Shown piece by piece: positions 37,943 through 46,978 of a DNA stretch of 59,287 nucleotides. The stretch covers positions 31,657 through 90,943 of the forward strand of contig CAZSKS010000002.1 in NCBI GenBank assembly GCA_964607465.1, read 5' to 3'. Numbering within the stretch: the stretch's first letter is position 1; each line of letters opens with the position of its first letter. The translations under genes were made by a program, and so were the position numbers. The notes beneath the pieces were generated by a model, which was not told the origin of the DNA, did no database searches, and saw nothing but the letters and a program-made list of their open reading frames with translations. Source of the DNA: an uncultured Gemmatimonadota bacterium (GTDB lineage Bacteria; Gemmatimonadota; Gemmatimonadetes; Palauibacterales; Palauibacteraceae).

Positions 37943-40768
37943 GTGATGGGCAAGCTCCGCCTGCGGTCGGTCCTCTGGTCGCTGCTTCCTCTCCTGCTGA
38001 CGCTGGTGCCGGGGGCCCTGGCCGCCCAGGAAGGCGCCCTGGCGGGCACCGTCCGGGCGTCGGAGACGGCGGAGCCCCTGGCGTCGGTGCAGGTCCAGCT
38101 GCTGGACGCCGGGGAGGACGTGGTGGCCGGGGCGCTGACGAGCTCTTCCGGCCGGTACCGGATCGACGGGATCCCGGCGGGCACCTATACGGTGAGCTTC
38201 GACCTGCCCGGCCGCGCCACGGTCCGTCGCCCGGGGATCCGGGTCCAGGCCGGGAGCACCACCGACCTCTCGGTGGCGATGCCCGCGCAGGCGTACGAGC
38301 TCAATCCCCTGACCGTGAGCGCCGCGCGGCAGCAGGAGCGGCTGGTGGACGCGCCGGCCTCGGTTCAGGTGGTGGGCCGGGAGGCCGTGGAGTCGGAGCC
38401 CGCCCTGAGCCACCTGGACTACGTGGAGGGGATGGCCGGGGTCAACGTCATCAAGTCCGGGCTGCAGCAGGGCTACGTCGTGGCCCGGGGCTTCAACAAC
38501 GTCTTCTCCGGCTCCATGCTGACCCTCACCGACCACCGCATCGCCCGCGTCCCCTCCCTGCGGGCCAACATCCCGCACCTGGATCCGACCACCAGCCTGG
38601 ACATCGACCGCGTCGAGGTGGTGCTGGGTCCGGGCTCGGCGCTGTACGGCCCGAACGCCGCCGCCGGGGTGCTCCACAAGCTCACGAAGTCGCCCATCGA
38701 CGACCCGGAGTCGACGATCAGCGTGGCCGGGGGGCTGCGGCAGCAGGGCGCCGTCGCCAACCCGCTCACCGGCGCCCCGGAGTTCTCGTCGAGCGAGGAG
38801 GGCGTCCTCCTCGTGGAGGGACGCCTGGCCCATCGCTTCAGCGACGAGTTCGGCGTCAAGGTCTCGGGCGACTACTTCTCGGGCGAGGACTACCGCTTCG
38901 TGGATCCCGACGAGGTCGCCAACGGCGCCGTGGCGGACGCCTGCCTCGCGACGTACTCGCTGGCCAACCCGGCCTGCCTGACCCTGGCCCCCACCGGCGA
39001 TCAGCTCCCGGACCAGACGGAGCTGCAGCGGATCGGGCAGCGTGACTTCGACCTGGAGCGCTGGTCGCTCAACGCGGAGGCCGAGTGGCGTCCCGCCGAC
39101 GACGCCACCGCCACCCTGACCTACGGCCGCTCGCAGGCCGTCAACAGCATCGACCTCACCGGTATCGGGGCGGGCCAGGTGAAGGACTGGGCCTACCAGT
39201 TCGCCCAGGCCCGCTTCACCAAGGACGACCTGTTCGCCCAGGCCTTCGTGAACTGGACCGACTCCGGCGACACCTACATCCTGCGCACCGGCCAGCCGAT
39301 CCGGGACGAGTCCTACATCGCCGTGGGCCAGCTGCAGCACGCCACGGAGGTGAGCGACCGGCAGCGCTTCGTGTACGGCGCCGACTACATCCACACCACC
39401 CCCCAGACCAACCGGACCATCAACGGGGTGCACGAGGACGACGACGAGATCGACGAGTACGGTTTCTATCTGCAGTCGGAGACCCAGCTGGCCGAGCCGC
39501 TGGAGCTGACGCTGGCGGCCCGGGGCGACTACCACTCGGTGCTGGACGAGACCATCTTCTCGCCCCGCGGCGCCCTGGTCTACCAGCCGGACCCGAACCA
39601 CGGCGTCCGGCTCACCTACAACCGGGCCTTCTCGACCCCGGACAACAACAACCTCTTCCTGGACATCATGGCCCAGCGGGTCCCCATCGGGGCCAGCGGG
39701 TTCAGCTACGGCCTGAACGCCCAGGGGACCACGGACCGGGGCTTCAGCTTCGCGGCGGGCCCGGGCGGGCGGCCGATGATGAAGTCGCCCTTCACGCCCG
39801 CGGGCCTCGGCGGGCCGGGCCAGTTCCTGCCGACCCGCACGCCGACCCTGTGGCAGCTGGCCGTGGGCGTGGTGGGCGCCCAGGATCCGGCGGCCGGCGC
39901 CCTCCTCTCCTCGCTGCCGGTGCCCGACGACTCGCAGGTGGCGACGCTGCTCCGGATCCTGAACACGGGGGAGGACAGCGGGACCACGCCCTTCCTCCCC
40001 TTCCCCGGCTTCGACGCGGTGCGGGATGTGCCGCCCATCCAGGAGGAGATCACCAACACCTTCGAGGTGGGCTACAAGGGGCTGGTGGCCGACCGGCTGC
40101 TGCTGTCGACGGACGTCTACTTTTCCCGGATCGAGGACTTCATCGGCCCGCTGGAGGTCGTCACGCCCAACGCCTTCCTGGACGGGACCGACGTGGCCCA
40201 GTACCTGATCGGCTTCGGTGTGGATCCGGCGACCGCCCAGGGCCTGGCGGAGCAGGTCGCCCAGATCCCGCTGGGCGTCGTGACCCCGGAGCAGGTGGCC
40301 GCGCCGGGGGCCAACATGCTGCTCACCTATCGGAACGTCGGCGACGTGGACCTGTGGGGCACCGACGTGTCGGCGACCTACCAGGTCACCGACATGTGGG
40401 AGCTGGGGCTGGCCACATCGTTCGTGTCGGACAACCTGTTCCGGACCGACCAGGACGCCCGGGTCGAGCTGAACGCCCCCGACTTCAAGATCCAGGGCTC
40501 GCTGGCCTACCGGAACGAGGACGCGGGCTTCCGGGGGAAGGCGAGCTACCGCTTCGTGAACGGGTTCCCCGCCGCCTCCGGCGTGTTCGTGGGCCAGGTC
40601 CCCGACCACGAGGTGGTGGACCTGAAGCTGTCCTATCGGATCCCCACCTACCGCGACGTCTCGCTTCAGCTGGACGTGCAGAACCTGCTGGACGAGGAGT
40701 ACCACACCTTCCCCGGCTCGCCCACGCTGGGCCGGTTCACCATGGCCCGGGTGATGTACAGGTTCTGA
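37943..40768 (+). CDS. TonB-dependent outer membrane receptor
   Basis: Signal peptide, carboxypeptidase-regulatory-like N domain, plug IDRVEVVLGPGSALYG, VQNLLDEEY...YRF terminus. Confidence 0.95.
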   Translation: MMGKLRLRSVLWSLLPLLLTLVPGALAAQEGALAGTVRASETAEPLASVQVQLLDAGEDVVAGALTSSSGRYRIDGIPAGTYTVSFDLPGRATVRRPGIRVQAGSTTDLSVAMPAQAYELNPLTVSAARQQERLVDAPASVQVVGREAVESEPALSHLDYVEGMAGVNVIKSGLQQGYVVARGFNNVFSGSMLTLTDHRIARVPSLRANIPHLDPTTSLDIDRVEVVLGPGSALYGPNAAAGVLHKLTKSPIDDPESTISVAGGLRQQGAVANPLTGAPEFSSSEEGVLLVEGRLAHRFSDEFGVKVSGDYFSGEDYRFVDPDEVANGAVADACLATYSLANPACLTLAPTGDQLPDQTELQRIGQRDFDLERWSLNAEAEWRPADDATATLTYGRSQAVNSIDLTGIGAGQVKDWAYQFAQARFTKDDLFAQAFVNWTDSGDTYILRTGQPIRDESYIAVGQLQHATEVSDRQRFVYGADYIHTTPQTNRTINGVHEDDDEIDEYGFYLQSETQLAEPLELTLAARGDYHSVLDETIFSPRGALVYQPDPNHGVRLTYNRAFSTPDNNNLFLDIMAQRVPIGASGFSYGLNAQGTTDRGFSFAAGPGGRPMMKSPFTPAGLGGPGQFLPTRTPTLWQLAVGVVGAQDPAAGALLSSLPVPDDSQVATLLRILNTGEDSGTTPFLPFPGFDAVRDVPPIQEEITNTFEVGYKGLVADRLLLSTDVYFSRIEDFIGPLEVVTPNAFLDGTDVAQYLIGFGVDPATAQGLAEQVAQIPLGVVTPEQVAAPGANMLLTYRNVGDVDLWGTDVSATYQVTDMWELGLATSFVSDNLFRTDQDARVELNAPDFKIQGSLAYRNEDAGFRGKASYRFVNGFPAASGVFVGQVPDHEVVDLKLSYRIPTYRDVSLQLDVQNLLDEEYHTFPGSPTLGRFTMARVMYRF

Positions 40769-40929
40769 TCCCGGCGCCCTGAGGCCGCCGGCCCGGCGGC
40801 GGCGCCCGGCCCGGCGACAGCGGCCGGGCGGAAGAAGTCGGGCGTCGGGAACCGCTGCGCTCACCTCTGGTCGTACGTACGAGCAGAGGGCGATGGAGAG
40901 GGCCGGACGGGGACCCCGTCCGCCGCTCG

Positions 40930-43119
40930 ATGGTATCCGTTCTCCCGATGAACCGTCCGACGAGCCACCCGATGAGACGCCTCGCAGCGAGCTCCGTCCC
41001 GGCCCTGGCGGCCGTCCTCCTCCTCGTCCTCCCGGGCGGGGCGGCGCCCGATGCCGACCCCGCGGGCCCGAACGGGCTCCGGGCCCCCGCCCCCGCGCCC
41101 CCCGACACGGTAGCGGACCTGGTGGAGCGGGCCCGGACCCGTGCGGAGGCGTCCGACCACGCCGGGGCGGCCGAAGCCTACCGGGAGGCGGCCGAGCGGG
41201 CGCCGGAGCTGTCGGCCTGGCTCCGGCTCTCCGCCCTGCAGGCCGCGGCCCGGGCGGCGGACACGGCGGCGGCTCGTCGGATGGCCGGGGAGCTGGCGGA
41301 GGCCTCCGTCGTGCCCCCCGACTCGGTGCGCCTGGAGGAGGCCCGGGCCGCCTTCCTGGCCGGGGACGCGCGGCGCGGCACCGAGCTGGCCCGGGAGCTC
41401 TCCGGCGACGCGGACGCGGTCCTGTGGTCCGAGAGGGTGGCGCCGGCCCTCCTGTCCGCCGGCGACACGGCCCGCGCCCGGCGGGGCCTGGCCCGGGCGG
41501 CCGGGAGCTCCGGCGCGCCGGAGGCGGCGGGCGAGCTGCTGCTCCGCCTCGAGCCGGGCTGGCGGGACCTGGAGCGGGTGGCACGGCGGGACCTGGACGA
41601 GGGGCGTGAGGCCCGGGGTCGGCGCCTCCTGGCCCGGGCCCTGGAGACGGCCCCGGCCGGGGAGCGAGCGGAGCTGGCCCTGGAGCTGGCCGAAGCGGAA
41701 GCCCGGGCGGGCCACCACGGCGAGGCCCACCGGGTGGCGGCCCGCTGGCTCGAGCGGGGGGGCCTGAGCGCGGAGACCCGGGCGAAGCTCGAGCTGGCGG
41801 CGGCCAGCTCCCACCTGCGGCGGGGACAGCGGGAGGAGGCCGAGGTCCACTACCGGCGGGGCGCCCGGGCCGGGAGCGTGGAGGCCGCGGCGCGGGCCGC
41901 CTTCCTGCTGGCCAACCTGGCCCACGGGCGGGGAGAGACCGCGGCTGCACGGGCCCGCTACCGCGCGGCCGCCGAGCGCTTCCCCGGCACCGAGCACGGC
42001 GGCCTGGCCCGGATGCGGCTCGGCTTCCTCGCCTTCCTGGAGGGCGATCACGACGGGGCGGGCGCCCACTTCCGGGCGTACCGGGACGCCCACCCCTCGG
42101 GCGGCGGCTGGACGACGGCCTCCCTCTACTGGGAGGGCCGGGCCCGGGCGTCCGCCGGCGACGATCCCGGGGCCCGGGGCCTCTACCGGCAGGTGGTCCG
42201 ACGGGACCCGCTGAGCTGGTACGGTGTGCAGGCCGCCGCCCGGCTGGACGAGGACGCCGTGGCTACCTCGATCGCCCGGAACCGGGACGGCGGGGGGTCG
42301 GCGACCGCGGCCGGGCCGCCGCCGGCCCCGGAGCCCCGCGCCGGGACGGACGGCTTTCCGCCGTCGGGCGTGGAGACGCTGCCGCCGGAGGCGGAGGCGC
42401 TGCTCCGGAGGATGCGGCTGCTGAAGGAGCTCGGCTGGCGCGGCCGGGCCCTGCGGGAGCTGGAGCACGCCGGCCCGACGCGGATGGCCGCCGGCCGCCT
42501 GACGGCGCTGGCCGGCCGGCTGGGCCGGGAGGGATGGACCGGGCCGGGCATCCGGCTGGGGTGGCGGGCCTTCCAGCAGAACCGCGGCCGCTGGACCCCG
42601 GAGCTGATCCGGGCGGTGTGGCCCCTCCCCCATGACAGCGCCGTGGTCCGGGCGGCGGAGGGCCGGGACCTGTCGGCGGCCCTGGTGGCGGGGCTCGTGC
42701 GGCAGGAATCGTCCTTCGATCCCGGGGCGGTCTCCTCGGCCGGGGCCGTCGGTCTCATGCAGCTGCTGCCGTCCACCGCGCGCCGGCTGGCGCGGCGGGA
42801 AGGCCTCCGGGTCCCGGACCCCGAGGACCTGAAGGAGCCGGGCCTCAACCTGGAGCTCGGGACCCGGTACCTGGCCGGGCTGCTGGAGCGCTTCGACGGG
42901 TCGCGGGTGGGAGCGCTGGCGGGCTACAACGCCGGGCCCGAGCGGTGGATCCGCTGGCGGGACTATCCCGAGGCGAGCGTCGACGCGGAGCTGCTGGTGG
43001 AGCGGATCCCCTACGTGGAAACCCGCCGCTACGTGAAGGCGGTCCTCCGCAACGCCCACCTGTACGCCCGGGTCTACGGCCTGGTTGACGATCCGCGCGC
43101 CGCCGCGCTAGGATCGTAG
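40930..43119 (+). CDS. Soluble lytic transglycosylase (Slt70-like, TPR-like superhelix)
   Basis: RQESSFDP, GAVGLMQL, AGYNAG, IPYVETRRYVK. Confidence 0.92.
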   Translation: MVSVLPMNRPTSHPMRRLAASSVPALAAVLLLVLPGGAAPDADPAGPNGLRAPAPAPPDTVADLVERARTRAEASDHAGAAEAYREAAERAPELSAWLRLSALQAAARAADTAAARRMAGELAEASVVPPDSVRLEEARAAFLAGDARRGTELARELSGDADAVLWSERVAPALLSAGDTARARRGLARAAGSSGAPEAAGELLLRLEPGWRDLERVARRDLDEGREARGRRLLARALETAPAGERAELALELAEAEARAGHHGEAHRVAARWLERGGLSAETRAKLELAAASSHLRRGQREEAEVHYRRGARAGSVEAAARAAFLLANLAHGRGETAAARARYRAAAERFPGTEHGGLARMRLGFLAFLEGDHDGAGAHFRAYRDAHPSGGGWTTASLYWEGRARASAGDDPGARGLYRQVVRRDPLSWYGVQAAARLDEDAVATSIARNRDGGGSATAAGPPPAPEPRAGTDGFPPSGVETLPPEAEALLRRMRLLKELGWRGRALRELEHAGPTRMAAGRLTALAGRLGREGWTGPGIRLGWRAFQQNRGRWTPELIRAVWPLPHDSAVVRAAEGRDLSAALVAGLVRQESSFDPGAVSSAGAVGLMQLLPSTARRLARREGLRVPDPEDLKEPGLNLELGTRYLAGLLERFDGSRVGALAGYNAGPERWIRWRDYPEASVDAELLVERIPYVETRRYVKAVLRNAHLYARVYGLVDDPRAAALGS

Positions 43120-43182
43120 AGAGTCCTCCCGGCAGGGGGGCGGACGCCCGGCTTCTCATCCTTCCGCGCAGGAGGCAGATCG

Positions 43183-43386
43183 ATGCCCCGGGGCAAGGTG
43201 AAGTGGTTCAACGACTCCAAGGGCTACGGATTCATCGAGCGGCCCGACGGCGAGGACGACGTCTTCGTCCACTTCAGCGCCATCCAGATGGACGGCTTCA
43301 AGACCCTCTCCGAGGGACAGGAGGTGGAGTTCGAGCTGGTGACCGGCGACGAGGGGCCGCAGGCGGCCAACGTCCAGGGCCTCTGA
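43183..43386 (+). CDS. Cold-shock protein
   Basis: [24 protein letters not shown]. Confidence 0.97.
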   Translation: MPRGKVKWFNDSKGYGFIERPDGEDDVFVHFSAIQMDGFKTLSEGQEVEFELVTGDEGPQAANVQGL

Positions 43387-43445
43387 TCGTCCCCTGAGCG
43401 CCCGGGCGGCCCGCCGGGTGGCCTGACCGGGGCCGAACCCGCCGG

Positions 43446-43553
43446 GGGACGCCCGCCGCCTGATCGCGGCCCCACCCGGCCGCGCGGGACGCCCGCCGCG
43501 CCCTGATCGCGGTCCGACACCCGGCTGTCCGGGACGCCCGGCGCGCCCGCTGA
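43446..43553. repeat. Imperfect tandem repeat, about 3 units of 40-45 bp
   Basis: GGGACGCCCG...CTGA cores at 43446, 43486 and 43531. Confidence 0.5.
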
Positions 43554-43692
43554 CGCCTGGCCCGGGATCGAGCACCGCGCGAGCCCGGCGGCCACGGCGA
43601 TCCGCGTCCCGACGGTGCCGCCCGCTGGCCTTCGCCTTGCACCCCCGGTCTCGCCCGAGCCCCGGTTCCGATCCCCGCCACGCAGGAGCGCC

Positions 43693-46470
43693 GTGCCCGA
43701 CCCCGAGAGCGTCGAGTTCGACCGTCCCACCCTCTACCTGATCGACGGCTACGCCCTCATCTACCGGGCGTTCTACGCCATGATCAGCCGGCCGCTCACC
43801 ACCTCGAGCGGGGAGAACACATCGGCTCCCTACGGCCTGGCCCGCTTCCTGGTGGACCTGCTGGAGGAGCACGATCCCGACTACGTGGGCGTCGTCTTCG
43901 ACGCCGGCCACAGCTTCCGGGAGGAGGTCCATCCCGAGTACAAGGCGACCCGGGAGAAGATGCCCGAGGAGCTGGAGGCGTCCCTGCCGCGCTGCCGGGA
44001 CCTGGTGGAGGCCTTCCGGATCCCGGTGGTCGAGGCGGAGGACTGGGAGGCCGACGACGTCATCGGCACCCTGGCCGCCCAGGCCGAGGAGGAGGGCCTC
44101 CACACCGTGGTGATCTCGGGCGACAAGGACTTCTACCAGCTGGTGGACGACCACCTGTGGCTGCTGAACCCCGGCCGGGGCGGCCACGCGCCGGTGGAGG
44201 CGGAGTGGGTCACCCGGGAGAACGCCTCCGAGCGGCTGGGGGTCCCGCCGGAGCAGGTCACCGACTACCTGGCGCTCATCGGCGACAGCTCCGACAACGT
44301 CCCCGGCGTCCGCGGGATCGGCGAGAAGACCGCCCCGAAGCTGCTGGACGCGTGGGGATCGCTGGAGGAGGTGCTGGAGCACCGGGAGGAGGTCTCCTCG
44401 ACCCGGGCCCGCAACGCCCTGGAGGAGCACGGGGACCAGGCCCTGCTGTCGAAGCGGCTGGTGACCATCAAGCGGGACGCCCCGGTGGAGCTGGACCTCG
44501 ACCGCTTCCGCCGGGAGCCCCCGGATCGCCGCCGCCTGCGGGACCTCTTCCTGGAGCTGGAGTTCCACAGCCTGGTCCGGGAGTTCGCGCCCGAGGGCGA
44601 CGAGGTGGAGGAGGACTACGAGCTGGTCCTCGACCCCGACCGCGTCCGGGAGGTGGTGGACGAGATGCGGGCCGCCGATCGCTTCGCGGTGGACACCGAG
44701 ACCACCTCCCTGGATCCCATGCGGGCGGAGCTGGTGGGCGTCTCGCTCTGCGCCGAGCCGGGCCGGGCCTACTACCTCCCCTTCGGCCACGTGGCGCCGA
44801 CGGTGTCCCGGGACGAGGAGGGGAACCCCACCCTGGCGCTGGACGAGGCGGAAGAGCCGGAGAATCTCCCGGACTTCACCGGCCCGGAGATGGACGAGCT
44901 CCGGCGGCTGCTGGCCGACCCCGGGCCGGGCAAGGTGGGGCAGAACCTCAAGTACGACCGCATCGTGCTGGAGCGGGCGGGCGGGGCGCTGGAGGGGGTC
45001 GTCTTCGACACCTCGCTGGCCTCCTACTGCCTGGACCCGGGCAAGCGGAGCCACGCCCTGGACCTGCTGGTGATGGAGAAGCTGGGCAGGAAGCTCACCC
45101 CCTACGAGGAGGTGGCGGGGAGCGGGGCGTCGCAGATCTCCTTCGCCGAGGTGCCCCTGGACGAGGCGCTGCAGTACGCGGGCGAGGACGCCGACTACTG
45201 CCTCCGGCTGGCCGCGGTGCTGGAGGAGGAGCTGGAGGAGCACCACCTGCTGGAGCTGATGCAGCGGATCGAGATCCCGCTGCAGCCGGTGCTGGCCGAC
45301 ATGGAGACGTGGGGGATCGGGCTGGACCTGGACTTCTTCGACCGGCTGGAGGAGCGGGTGACCCGCGAGCTCCGGCTCGTGGAGGAGGAGATCCGCAAGA
45401 TCGCCGGCGAGGAGGTCAACCTGCGCTCGGTGCCCCAGCTCCGGGAGCTGCTCTTCGAGGAGCTGGACCTGCCGGTGCTGAAGCGCACCAAGACGGGCCC
45501 GTCCACCGACGAGAGCGTCCTGAGCGAGCTGGCCGCCCGGGGCCACGAGGTCCCGAGGCTGATCCTGGAGTACCGGGAGCTGGACAAGCTCAACTCCACC
45601 TACGTCAGCGTCCTGCCCGGGCTGGTCCACCCGGAGACGGGCCGGGTCCACACCAGCTTCAACCAGACGGTGGCGGCCACCGGCCGCCTCTCCTCCTCCG
45701 AGCCGAACCTGCAGAACATCCCGGTCCGCTCGGCCCTGGGACGGGAGATCCGCAAGGGCTTCGTCCCCGAGGAGGGGTGGACCTTCCTGGGGGCCGACTA
45801 CTCCCAGGTGGAGCTGCGCATCCTGGCCCACCTGTCCGGCGACCCGGCCTTCGTCGAGGCGTTCCGCGCCGGCCGTGACATCCACCGGGAGACGGCCGCC
45901 CGGATCTTCGGCGTGGATCCGGAGAAGGTGAGCGGCGGAATGCGGGACCGGGCCAAGACGATCAACTTCGCCACCATCTACGGGCAGGGCCCGTCGGCCC
46001 TGGCCTCGCAGCTCGGCGTCTCACGGGAGGAGGCCGAGCGATTCATCGAGGGGTACTTCGAGCGCTTCTCCGGCGTGAAGGAGTACATCGAGACGATGAA
46101 GGAGCGGGCCCGCGAGCAGGGCTTCGTGGAGACGGTGAGCGGCCGCCGCCGCTACATCCCGGAGATCCGCTCCCGCAACCCCGGCGTCCGGGGGTTCGGC
46201 GAGCGGACGGCCGCCAACTCCCCCATCCAGGGCACCGCCGCCGACCTGATCAAGATCGCCATGATCCGGCTGCACGACCGGCTCGAACCGGACCGGGCCC
46301 GCATGCTGCTGCAGGTGCACGACGAGCTGCTCTTCGAGGTGCGGGAGGAGGAGCTGGAGGGGACGCGCGAGACGGTGCGGTCGGAGATGGAGGGGGCCAT
46401 GGAGCTGGACGTGCCCCTGGAGGTGGACATGGGGGAGGGCGACAGCTGGTTCGCCTGCAAGCCGGACTGA
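43693..46470 (+). CDS. polA: DNA polymerase I
   Basis: 5'-3' exo LIDG/EADD, 3'-5' exo DTETT, ADYSQVELR, AKTINFATIYG, QVHDEL; GTG at 43693. Confidence 0.98.
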   Translation: MPDPESVEFDRPTLYLIDGYALIYRAFYAMISRPLTTSSGENTSAPYGLARFLVDLLEEHDPDYVGVVFDAGHSFREEVHPEYKATREKMPEELEASLPRCRDLVEAFRIPVVEAEDWEADDVIGTLAAQAEEEGLHTVVISGDKDFYQLVDDHLWLLNPGRGGHAPVEAEWVTRENASERLGVPPEQVTDYLALIGDSSDNVPGVRGIGEKTAPKLLDAWGSLEEVLEHREEVSSTRARNALEEHGDQALLSKRLVTIKRDAPVELDLDRFRREPPDRRRLRDLFLELEFHSLVREFAPEGDEVEEDYELVLDPDRVREVVDEMRAADRFAVDTETTSLDPMRAELVGVSLCAEPGRAYYLPFGHVAPTVSRDEEGNPTLALDEAEEPENLPDFTGPEMDELRRLLADPGPGKVGQNLKYDRIVLERAGGALEGVVFDTSLASYCLDPGKRSHALDLLVMEKLGRKLTPYEEVAGSGASQISFAEVPLDEALQYAGEDADYCLRLAAVLEEELEEHHLLELMQRIEIPLQPVLADMETWGIGLDLDFFDRLEERVTRELRLVEEEIRKIAGEEVNLRSVPQLRELLFEELDLPVLKRTKTGPSTDESVLSELAARGHEVPRLILEYRELDKLNSTYVSVLPGLVHPETGRVHTSFNQTVAATGRLSSSEPNLQNIPVRSALGREIRKGFVPEEGWTFLGADYSQVELRILAHLSGDPAFVEAFRAGRDIHRETAARIFGVDPEKVSGGMRDRAKTINFATIYGQGPSALASQLGVSREEAERFIEGYFERFSGVKEYIETMKERAREQGFVETVSGRRRYIPEIRSRNPGVRGFGERTAANSPIQGTAADLIKIAMIRLHDRLEPDRARMLLQVHDELLFEVREEELEGTRETVRSEMEGAMELDVPLEVDMGEGDSWFACKPD

Positions 46471-46486
46471 CCTGCCCCCCCGACGT

Positions 46487-46792
46487 ACGAAATCCCCGAC
46501 CGGGCTCACGGCTCCGATCGGGGACTTCGTTGTGCCGGCGAGCGTTGATCCGCTGGTTTGGCGCCGTCCCGTGAGACGACCGGATCGCGGCTCTCTCCCT
46601 CGGTCTCGGCGGCACGACCGAAGTCGTGTCACCGTCCTCAGGCGCCCCCGTTCCCGGGGCTGACGGCTGCGGCCAGCAACCTCGCAACCGGTCCACCGAG
46701 GCCAAACTCCCGGTGGACGATCGGGCCGACGATCTCTCGTCGACCCTCTCCCTGTCGAGGACTCGCTGCAGCGAGCTTCCCTCGACGGGAGA
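46487..46792 (-). ncRNA. Candidate ~300-nt structured non-coding RNA, family unrecognised
   Basis: Consecutive hairpins capped by GAGA, GGAA and cUUCGg tetraloops on the minus strand, G-U wobbles valid only on minus, own promoter, long 3' hairpin. Confidence 0.7.
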
Positions 46793-46795
46793 ACC

Positions 46796-46823
46796 AACGT
46801 AGCACAAAAAAATGCGGTGTCAA
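46796..46823 (-). promoter_or_regulatory. sigma70-type promoter driving the ncRNA candidate
   Basis: TTGACA(46823-46818)-N16-TACGTT(46801-46796) with extended TGn; same -10 hexamer as the dnaA promoter. Confidence 0.75.
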
Positions 46824-46978
46824 GGGCCGGCCGCCAGATCCGTCCGAGAGGCCGCCGACCTCCGTCGGGGCCGTCGCCGACGGGCGCCGATGGGGGGGCG
46901 GTCGCCCGCGGCGGAGGCGTCGGCGGGCCCCCGGAGGGGGGTCGGCGGAGCCCCCGGCGGCGGGAGCGCCGCCGCCGG

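Noticed and set aside
36998-41950. 1650-aa minus-strand ORF and many other long overlapping ORFs (e.g. 7674-10850, 43156-45885, 28505-30991)
   Set aside because: Shadow frames of real genes in very GC-rich DNA; Arg/Pro/Gly-rich with no recognisable motifs.
46487-46792. Assignment of the structured RNA to SRP, RNase P, tmRNA, 6S or a riboswitch
   Set aside because: No SRP CAGG/AGCAG loop around the GGAA hairpin, no RNase P GAGGAAAGUCC, no tRNA-like ends, branched rather than rod-like, and no same-strand downstream gene; judged by eye only.
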